Shown: positions 7,215 to 19,200 of the stretch, in pieces | How positions within the stretch are numbered: position 1 is the stretch's first letter | Layout: every line of letters begins with the position of its first letter | Source: a virus | Lineage: Duplodnaviria; Caudoviricetes | Reading direction: 5' to 3' (one strand) | Length of the DNA: 54,904 bases | IMG/VR virus record: IMGVR_UViG_3300033273_000309 | Coordinates: 1-54,904 of that record | Made by a program: the position numbers and the translations under genes | The notes under the pieces: generated by a model | The model's input: only the letters and a program-made list of their open reading frames with translations | Databases searched by the model: none | Told to the model about the DNA's origin: nothing

Positions 7215-10200
7215 ATGTCAGAAATTAAAAGAGTCAAAATCGATTCTATCCTAGAATCGCAAATTCCCGAATTTTTAACCGTAGAGTCTCCACTCTTAGT
7301 GGAATTTCTTGGCCAATATTATAAATCACTCGAATCTCAGGGTGGTCCAATTGACATCATCTCGAATATAGATTTATATAAAAATTCTAAGAAATTTAAT
7401 AGAGTTGATTTAATATCTGAAACGACACTTACTTCTGATATTTTAACGTTTGATACTACAATAAGTGTAACTTCAACTAAAGGTTGGCCAGATTCATATG
7501 GTCTGTTGAAGATAGACGATGAGATTATTACATATACATCAAAAACTGAAACTTCTTTTCAAAATTGTGTTAGAGGATTTAGTGGAATTGAAGAGTTATC
7601 TTCACTATCAAATCCAGAATTTGCAGTATTCTCATCAACAAATGCTGCAGAACACTCTAATTCCGCAACAGTTAGTAACTTAAGCAACGCATTTTTAGTA
7701 GAATTTTTTGAAAATTTCAAATATGAGTTCTTGCCAGGATTTGAAGCAAGAGATTTTTATGAAAATATAAAGATAGAAAACGTAGCATATAAGATAAAAG
7801 ATCTATACTCATCAAAAGGAACTGATCAGTCTTATAAACTTTTATTTAAAATTCTATATGGATCTGATATTGAAATTATAAAACCACAAGATTATACATT
7901 AACACCATCTTCTAATTCTTATTTCTTAACTAAGAATATCTTGGTGGAGAAAATTTCTGGTGGAAATCCTATAGATGTTAAAGGTAATTTTTTATTCCAG
8001 GAAATATCTGGTATCGGAACAGTAAGTGCTTCTATTTTTAATGTAGAATATCGACCTGTTTCAGATAAGAATTTTTATGAAATTTCCTTGGATAGTACTT
8101 CATTCAGTGGAAATTTTGAAGTCTCTGGTAAAACCAGAATTTTAGAAGATGTTAGTACGACTGACAATACAATTTTAGTTGATTCTACTGTAGGATTTGC
8201 CAATTCAGGATCTATTTTGGTTAAACCCAGAAATTCTGATTACATAACCATAAACTATACTGGAAAAAATGTAAACCAATTTACTGGTGTTACTAATATC
8301 ACTAAACCTTTAGATTTTGGTTTAGATTTAATTGAAGAAAAATTTGCTTTTAGTTATATCGGCGTTGGTAATACATCTAAGGTAAACTTTAGAGTTATTA
8401 ATGTTATTGATGATATTGATTTTTCTAATACTTCGAACTTAAGAGTTGGGGATTCTATATCTCTGTCTGGGTTTGGTAGAGATTTATTTGATGAATATCA
8501 GTTTAATAGTTGGATTTATAATATTCCAACAAATCATAATATTAAAGTTATTACACAGGTTGATACCACAAAATATAGAATTACACTATTTGATAAGGTT
8601 TATTTTTATGCCGGTGAAAAAATTACTCTAAAAAATAGTCTTGATGACTCCATAGATGCAACTGTTATTGATGTAGAATATTCTTCATCTGACGTAATCA
8701 AAAAATATACTGAAACAATTTTGATTCAGGTTTTAAATACTGGATCTTATGTTGTTAGTGGTTCAACTAAAATAACCAAGAAAATTTATAAAGCTAATCA
8801 TTATAATAATTACTTTGGTGATTTGAGTAGTATTGCTGCTGGAGTTCAAAATACTTATATTGGATCCAATAAAGATTTCTTCTACGTAACATCTTCTGGA
8901 CTTCCAAACTATACAATTTTCTCAACTGATAATAAAAAAACTGGATCTACAAATGTAGGAACAGGTGTTACTGAAGTTATAAATGTACCTTCTCACCAAT
9001 TTTTAAGTGGGGAGTTGATATATTATAATCCAACCGATGTTTCCGTTACCGGAATTCCAACTGGATTATATTATGCTACAAGAGTTGATAATAATAACTT
9101 AAAGCTATCTTATAGTAGATCTGACGTTTTCTCTCAAAAATACATTAAAGTTGGTGAGGGAATTACTTCTGACATTATATACAAGTCTGGATATGAAAAT
9201 AAAAAATTAACCCACCAAAAATTATTAAAGAAGTTTCCTTTTGATTCATCGAGATCTCTATTTGATGACTTGAATAAGAGAACAACTTTCAATAGAGAAT
9301 TGGGGATGTTGATAAATGGTGTTGAAATATTATCTCCAACTTTGTTCGATGAGAATATTTACTATGGTGCTCTAACGGACATTGAAGTAACTAATAATGG
9401 CGAAGAGTATGATGTTATTGATGTTCCAGAAATAGAGATAATTGACGAACAGGGAGGATTGGCAAAAGCTCATCTTAATATCTCTGGTGAAGTTAAGGAA
9501 ATTAAGATTCTAAACGCAGGTTATGGATATCAGGAAAAACCAAAAATTACCATAGAAGGTGGAAACGGTGTAGGATGTGCTTTGGAGTCCAATTTAGTTA
9601 CAACCAAAGTCTCTGCAGGTTTCAAAGCAGATGTAAATGTAGACACACCTAGTAATGTAATTACTTTCCTTTCTACAATTCCTTTTGAAGACGGTGAAGA
9701 AATCGTATATGATTCTAATAAGAATACAGATCTTCCTGGTATTGTAAACAGTTCAACGTATTATGTTGGTAGATTAACTGATACTACTATTAAATTATTT
9801 AATACACAATCAGATGCTCTTCAAAAAACAAATGAAATTGATATCGTCGGTGTTTCCTCAGGTTTCCATTTTATAACTACCTTAAAAAATAAAAATACTT
9901 TTACAAAAATCTATGTAACAGATCCAGGTAGTGGATATTCGAACAGGAAAATTAAAGTCCCATCTGTACTTTCTGCAAATAATAATGTTACAGGAATTAA
10001 TACATTTGATTCCTACATTTACGCTAGAAAACATGGATTCTCAGATGGGGAAACAGTACTATATGAATCTTCTGATACTAATATAAGCGGACTAGTAACT
10101 ACTACACAATATAAAGTTAGAAAACTTGACGATAATAGATTCAGATTGTTTGATGTTGGCATCGGTACTCTACAATCTGATGATAATTATCTTAAAAATA

Positions 10201-13200
10201 GATTCGTAAAATTCGACTCATTGGGAATAGGAACTCATACTATAGGTTATCCACCAATTGTAGTAAAAGTAGAAGCTAAGTCTTCTGTTGGATCGACTAC
10301 AATTATAAAAACTGAATTAAAACCAATTGTATTGGGATCTATCGATGATGTTTATCTAGAGGACGGTGGTACTGGATATGGATGTACTAATATCGTTAAT
10401 TATCATAGAAGACCTAACGTTGGAGTTTCTAGTATAACTTCTGAGGCTCTTTTAAAACCAATTATTATTGGTGGGTCAATAGTTGACGTTCAAATTATTT
10501 CTAGAGGACAAGGTTTTAGAGAAAATTCCGAGATATTAATATCTGGTCAAGGAAATTATGCACAGTTGGAACCAATCGTTGAAGAAGGAAAACTATCGGC
10601 GGTTAATATTGTGTTCGGTGGAATTGGATATGGGTCTTCGGATACTCAATTGACTCTTGTTAATAGAGGTAAAAATGCTAAATTCTTGGCAAATGTTAAT
10701 GAGTGGAAAATAAATCAAGTTGTTAAGAGTAAGAATATCATTAATCCAGATGATGATGGAATTTTGCACGTAAGTAAAAACCCAGAATTGGAACTACAGT
10801 TTATTTCTTTCTATGTTCCAAAGAAATTGAGATATCAGTTATCCGATAATTTTACGGAAGACAATAAAGAGACAACTGGAACATTGCAGCATTCCCCTAT
10901 TTTGGGTTATGCATATGATGGTAATCCAATTTATGGACCATATGCATATAATACTACTACTGGTGGATTCATAAGAAGAATGAATCCTGGTTATGTTCTA
11001 GAGGTTGATACTACCAGTGGTAAACGACCACCAAACTTTGAGGGTGGATATTTTATTAATGATTATATCTTTGATGGGTCTGGGGACTTAGATGTACACA
11101 ATGGTAGATTTGCCATAACGCCAGAATATCCAAATGGAATTTATGCATATTTTTCAACTATAGAAGTTACTTCTGGAAATGATTCTGTTCCCAGATATCC
11201 TTATATTGTTGGACCATATTTCTATAACAAACCTATAGAAGAAAACTTCTTACCATTATATAATCAAGATTTCAATGTTTTTAATACGACCTTATCAAGA
11301 AATATTGGACCATACTATTTGAATAGATCAAGTTCATCTTATGATCTTATTGATACTGTTCTGGAAGAATATAAACAAGAATTCTCAGTAACAGAAATTA
11401 ACGATGGTAAAATTGAAGATGTGGAGATATTCTCTAGTGGAGATAATTATAAGGTAGATGATCCAGTAGATGTAGATATAACAGGCACTGAAGGAGTTCA
11501 ATCAAATATTGTTGTTAGTGAACTTGATGGTAGAACTGTAGGAAAGTTCAATTTAGTTGAGGACACTATTGGTGATCTAGAATTTTTCATCAGATATCCA
11601 GACACTGTAGTAAAATCTACTTTCCCACATCAAATAGCAAATGACCAACCTATTACTATTGGTGGTATATCAACAATTACCTCTGCAGAATTTGAAGGTG
11701 TTCAAAGAGTTGTAGTTGAAGATAAAGAAGCCGAATTATCCGAAGATATTCCAGATGTAGCTACTACAGGACTATCGACATTTATCAAATTAAAAGATGT
11801 CAGTGGATTTTCTTCAAACGATTTTATCGGTATAGGAAGTGAAACCTTATTAATTACGAAAGTAGACGTACAAAGATCTGGTTTCAATGTTAATAGACTC
11901 TCTAATACTGGTATTCATACCGTTGCAGGAGATAAAGTAAAGTTATTACCAAGAGAATTTAAGATTCCAACAGGATCTGTAAAGGACTATACTTTTGAAA
12001 ATTATACAACATTCTTTAATCCAAAGGATTCTGTTGGTGTTGGCACTACTGGATCATTTCATACTGTTGTTGGATTTGGCACAACCTCCACAAAAGTTAG
12101 ATTTGTGCCAACAAGATCTATCTACATACCAAATCACAAATACTTTACTGGACAGGAACTAATTTATAGTTCTGGATTCGCTGGAACTTCTTTATATGCC
12201 AATAATCCAGGAATTGGAGTTTCTTTCATATTATATGATCAACAGAAAGTTTACGCTGTTAATCTTGGTCAAGATTTTGTTGGATTATCCACTCTTGGAT
12301 TTACAAGTTCTACTGGAATAGGAACGAATAATAATTCTTTAGAATTCTGGGATCAAGAAGATTTTTCTGGAGTGATCGGTGTTGCTCATTCATTGACTAC
12401 TGTATTCCCAAGAATTACTGGAACTTTAAAGAAAACTGTAGGTGTAGTAACTACAACGTCTAATCACAATTTACAAGTCGGCGATAAGATAAAATTTGCT
12501 ATAAACACAAATTATAATGAACCAGTAAAGGTTGTCTTTGACTCGGTAAACAGAAAAGTCTTGATGAGAGAAGTCACTTTCTCTGATAGTGATGTCAACC
12601 TAGATAATGATTCTGTCGATATTTCTTCTTATTCAGGTAATATTGAAACTGGTGATAAAATTGTATATATTTCTCAATACCCAATAGACGGACTTGAGAA
12701 CTTCGGTACTTATTATGTTGCTAAAACTGGGTTTGATCAAATAAGATTCTACAAGTATAGAGAAGATATACAAGATTCCAGATTTATTAATCTTACTACA
12801 ATTGGTGGTTCCGATCACAAGTTCTACTTTATTAACCCTCAAATAAGTTGCATAAGGACAACTAAGATAGAATTTGACTTATCGGATCCAAGTTTGTCTA
12901 ACTTAGACTTGCAATTCTACTATGACGTAAATTTTGTTGAAAAAATTAATGAAAGAGAGGGATTCTTTGTTGAGAGATCTGGTATACCAGGACAAGCTGA
13001 TGCCAAAGTAGTCCTCGATCTGTCAGCACAATTCTTCCCAATCTATTATAACTTATTCCCTAAAGGAATTTCTATACAAGCTAAGAGACAGATATCAACA
13101 GATAATGGTGTACTATCATATAATAAAATTTCTATTATAAATCATAAACTTAATAGAACGTTTGAAGTTAATAATATCGTTGATGAAAAGTCATTCACTT

Positions 13201-16200
13201 TCTTCAATAATACAAAATTAAGTGAAATTGAAAAAGATATTCTTGTTGCGTCTCCAACTCTATTCTCTTATAAAACAAACTCTCGTACTGCTTTAGGTCC
13301 TATTTCCAAATTAAAAATTAATTTCCCAGGAAGAGGATATAAGAAACTACCTAAAGTCAGACAAGTTAAGAGTGACCTCGGAAAGAATGCAGTTGTAAAA
13401 ATTGTATCTCCAAATATAGGAAAAGTTGAAAACTTTACCAGAGTAAAAGATGGATTTGATTATCCTACAGATCCAACACTTTCACCTTCTTTGAGTGTTC
13501 CGACTGTTGTTGGTGTTAAAGATATCAGAACAATTGATTATATTGGAATAACAACTGGTGGTAGAAAATATAATAGTCCACCAAAACTAGTAATAAAAGA
13601 TGATTATCTAGGACTTGAAGCTATTGCAGAAGTATCTGGTGGATCTGTTACAAATGTAATAGTTACTAAAAATTCCACTTCAATTGCTCAACCTTTTGAA
13701 ATTATTCCAATATTCAACTCCAATGGATATGAAATTGATACAGTTCAGGTTGCTGGTGATGTCATAACACTAGAACTATCTAACCTCCCAGGTCTCAATC
13801 CCTTTATACCTGTAGGTTATGGTCAGACCGAATATACTTATCCATTCGCTATCGGCGATGAAATTTTTATTGAGAACTGTAGATTAACTGATGAGACAAT
13901 ACTTCTTGGTCGTGCTAACTTTAATTCAGATGCATATAATTATAGTTTCTTCACTGTAGTTGGCGTAAGCACGGCTAATAATACTGTAACTTACAGTATG
14001 ACTGGTATTTCTACTGGTACATTTGGTACTTATAGTGATGAATTTAATCTTGGTGTTGTCATAAACAAAAAAGACATGCCTGTCTTTGATATGATTTTGA
14101 AGGATGATGTTAACTATGCTTCAAATGAAAAAATCTCATCTTCGAGATTCACTGGTAGAATAATGGAAAATGGTTGGGACGGCGAACTTGACCAAATGAG
14201 ACTCAAGGATGTAAGTGGTGATATAACAGTTGGAGACAAGATTTTTGGTGAAACATCTAAGATTAACGGTACTGTTCAATATTTTGATAAGTTCAATCTA
14301 TTCGCAACTCTTGGTGTGTCTAGAGACAAGAGATCTTCAGTAGATCTTGCTTCTGGAATACTAAATGACTTCTCACAGAGAATTTCTGATAACTTCTATT
14401 ATCAGAAGTTCTCATATTCAGTCAAGAGTAATATTCCATATAGTACTTGGAGAGAGTCTGTAAGATCCATTCTTCATCCATCTGGATTCAAAGAATTTTC
14501 TGATCTTGAAGTATTCACACAACCAACAGTTAGTGAAGTTAGCGCTGGAATCGCAAAATCCGTCAATATGAAACCAACGTTGGCTGCTACCGATTCATTC
14601 ACCTTCCTCAACATTGATAACAAGGCTTCATTTAGTCTACAAAAGAATTTTGCAAGAGTATATGAAGAGGAGCTACTTCCTAATGGATCTACACAAAATA
14701 TCTATTTTGATCAGGGAGTTGATCTAGCTCCATACATCATGAATAGAACCAATAAAGTATTGGTAATTGATGATATTAGTAGTCAGTTTGATGGCACTTC
14801 TGAACAATATTTGAGAGGAAGATTTGCTGATGCTGCAGATCTCATGAAGTTAAACAGATCGTTCATTCAAGAAGAGGTAGTTGCTTTTGTTGAATTTAAT
14901 TATCCAAATATTGGATTAAGTACAACATACAGTAAAGAAAAATGTTTGAGAGACACTGGATTCATTGTAGATGCGGTTGCTCATGATATCAAGTATAATT
15001 CTAATAATAAGTCTGTTGAAGCTGGTGTATATTATTGGAACGCTGGATCTTCATATGTAAGCAATGAAACTGAGGAAACATTATTTGCATATAATTATGT
15101 AAAATTCCTTAGCCAGTATGTAATTAATAATCAGACTCCACCAACTCTTTATCAGACCACAGTTCCGCAAGAATTTAACTTTGCTTTAATTCCTGATCCT
15201 CTTAATCCAGATGTTAATAGATATAAAGATGCTAGGAATTTAATTGTAGCAAACAGAAGAGAAATTTTAGATAAATCTTTAGCTTCTGTTGGAATTGGAT
15301 TCCCAGACTTTTATTTCCCAGGTGACCCACAAACTCAAGAAAGATCAAGATATGTTGATGGATATAGATTAATTCAACAGAATAAAACGGAAATTGTAGA
15401 TCAAGCTTGGGCTAATACACTCTTAGTTTATCCAGGAATCTCCACTACAATCGATAAATGCAAACGCGATTTGGGATATTTTGTTGATGCTGTTTCTACT
15501 GATGTTTTCACTGGAGGAAACAAATATTCCAGAGACTTCGTTTCTTTATACTTTGAGAATGGTATTCCAATTACAAATGGACTAGTTGGTGAAGAAGCGG
15601 AATCAATTTATGCTTTTGTCCAAGCTAGAGATTTGATGAGGACGGCAGTTCATAACGGACTTACAATAACTGATGTTGGTGTAACTTCTGGACCACCAAC
15701 CTATGGCGTTGGAACAACTGTTTCTAACACCGATCCTACCGCTTGCCAGGACGTTCAAGTTAATATCACTACTCTGGTAGGAATCATTACTGCGATCGTC
15801 TCTGCGGGTACTACAGCGGGGTTACCGGCGGTTAACGTCGGTACTTATACGAGTGGTGGAAATAAATGTTTCAGAGATTTGGGATATATTGTTGATGGTG
15901 TTGCACAGGATATTTCTTATGGAACGAATCAACATACAATTTATAATACTAAGAAGTATTTTGATGGAGTTGGTGCTCAGAGAACTGATGGACTTCTAGG
16001 TGAAGAAGCAGAGTCAATTTACATATTTGAAAGTGCAAAAGATTATATCAAGAAGGCTCTGACAAATCAATTAAATGTTAGAGACTTTACTATTACTGCA
16101 GATCCATTAACTGGTTTTAATACAGATCCTTCTTCCTGTTCAGACGTTCAAACTAATGTTGATACATTGGTTGGAATTTTAACTGTTGCTATTGGAAACA

Positions 16201-19200
16201 GTAGTCTTTCTGGTATACCTACCGAAAACTATGGAACAGCTGATTGCGCTGATGTAAGATCTGCGATTGGTAATTACGTTGGTATAATTACAACAATTAT
16301 TGGACTTGGTACTGATTTTGCTCCAACTATTACATATCCTTCTTTGACAAGAGGTGGTTCGATAGTTGGACTGACAACATTTAAACTAAAAAATAAGGGA
16401 ACATCTCTATTCAAACATGTATTTACTGAAAGTAGTGTTGATCCTATTACTGATACATTTACCATTCAAAATCATAACTTCCAGTCTGGTCAAGAATTGA
16501 TTTATAAGTTTGAAGGTGGAACTCCTGTCGGTATTGCCACTACCTCATATGTTAGTGGTCCACTTGACACTTTAATGGTCATGGATCAAGGAGAAATTGA
16601 CGGAACAGCTGTTCTAGAAAATGGATATAATGTATCCATTTCAACAACAATCACTGGTATTTCCACTGTTCTGTCTCCTGTTGGACCTGTTATAAAGAAT
16701 TACACCAATTGTATAGCTTTCAATGGATCTGGTGGAACTTTTAATGCAACAGTAACCATTACTTATAGTAATACTACTGGACAACCTTTGAGTACAAGTA
16801 TTACTCCTATTAATGGAGGCAATAATTTTGCAATTGGTGATCTAGTAACAATTCTTGGTACTGATGTTGGTGGTACTGCTGGTATAAATGATCTGACTTT
16901 TGTTGTTTCCAAGACTGGTCCTACTGGAATTAACACCAGAGCTAACGAGACATATACTAATGTTGGAGCTTCGACTGATACTGCTGGTGGAACTGGTGCT
17001 ATTTTCAACGTCAGTAGAGACGATCAGGGTTATGTAAATTCTGTTCAGGTTGTTTCAGGTGGATCTGGATATGCTTCTACTTCGGTTATTACTATTCCTT
17101 ATACTGGCATTGGTGGAACTATAAGTGCAGATGATGTAACTGTTACTCCTTTACAACTTGGAACTGATGCTTTACCTGAATCATTATTTGTATTCAAGTT
17201 AAATGATAACCAATTTAAACTTGCTGGATTATCTACAAGCGTGTTCCTAGATCTTACGGAAGGTGGAACTGGAACACATTCACTAGAATATAAGGATCCA
17301 AACGCAAGTGTGATGATCACAATAGATGGAATCATACAGAAACCACTATCACGCAAATCGTTGAGCGTTTCTTTAGGTTCTAGTGTTTCTACAGCTTCTA
17401 CAACAATTTTGGATATTGCAACTGGTATCAGTTCATTGAATGTTAATGATATAATAAACTTGGATGATGAACTAGTTTCTATTAGAAGTATTGGTGTAAC
17501 ATCAGCAACTCAAATATCAGTTGAAAGAGGTTACTTTGGTAGTACTGCTGGAACTCATGAGATTGGTGTTGCTGCTACCGTTATGAACGGTAACTTCAAT
17601 ATTCTTGGAGATGTAATTTATTTTGATACTGCTCCATATGGAAAGATTGGACCAGTTGGATTAGAAACTGGATCTATATTTGGTGGTAGAGCGTTTAGTA
17701 GAAAATTTGATGCTTCTGTACCTAAAGATAAGAATTTACTGTTTGATGATATATCATTATCTTTTACTGGTATTGCTGCCACAGAATTTGCTATCAAAGT
17801 TAATGGTCAGACAACTGACACTATCTTTAATGATGTAAACTCCTCTACAGATATTAATAATAATCCAGTATTGTTAATTAATAATGTTTTCCAAGATCCA
17901 ACAAATGATTATATTGTTGATGGAAGTGGAACTAATACAATTAAGTTCATTTCTGGAACTCCAAAGGCTGGAAAAATATCCAAAGTCGGTGTTACAAGTA
18001 GCTATGGTTATATTCCAAGACTTGGTGCTGCAGCATATCCTGTAGTTTCTGCAGCAGGAACTATTAGTGATGTAGTAGTATTAGGTGGTGGATCTGGATA
18101 TAGAGGTGTTCCTGTTGTAAGTATTGCTGCAACTATCGGATATGGTGCAAGTATTGTTGCTACTGTAAGCGCAGCAGGTACAGTTTCTGGATTTACTATT
18201 GTTAATCCTGGAACTGGTTATACAACAACTTCGGTTCCAGAAGTTGTGATTGGAATACCAACTGGATATAGTAATTTGGTTCTTGGATATACTGGAGGAA
18301 CTAGTGGAGTTGGTCAAGATGCCAAACTTTCTGTTAAAGTTGGTTTTGGATCTAGTATAACATCATACAAGTTTGATAATCCTGGAATTGGATATAAAGT
18401 TGGTGATAAACTTGTTCCATTAGGACTTGGTACAGATTCTTCATTGAGAGATGATACTCTCAATATTTCAAACGTCCAATATGACAATACAACTGGTGTT
18501 ACTACCATAACAACCGTAGAAGTACACAATATAGATGAAAATGAAAAAGTAATTCTAACTGGAATTGCATTCACTTGTGGATATGATGAAGTAGGAATTT
18601 CTACATTCTCTTATGATGAGGCTAGTGGAATTTGTACAGTTGTGACATATTCTCCACATGGACTTCTAAGGACTGATGTAGATGCTAATAAGACTAGTGA
18701 TGAAGTATTCCTATTCAACTTACCTTTCTCATGCGCTGCAGAACATGCAGGTGTGACCACAACAATCTTCCCCGATGGTACATCCTCTTATGGAAGAGTC
18801 TTCCCTGTACTTACTTCAATAAGTTCAACTAGCTTTACTATGAATGCTGGAATTTCAACAATTCCACATGTATTTGAAGGTTGGCCAGAAATTGGAATCA
18901 GTACTTTCGCATATTATGAAGTTAGTGGACTATCCACAGTCACCACTACATCTGATCATAATTTTGCTGTTAATGATAAGTTTACACTTGCTGGACTTGC
19001 GTTTACTTGCCCTTCAAATTCTGGTATCACTAGTACAATTTTCCCATATGAGGGATCATCTCCATATGGTTATACATTTACTGTAACTGCGGTTAATAGT
19101 GCAACAGAATTTGAATTTAATGCTGGTATTTCTTCAATTACACACTTCTATAATAGTGGTGGATATGCCAAGAAAGTTCCTACCGCACAGAGAGTTCTAA

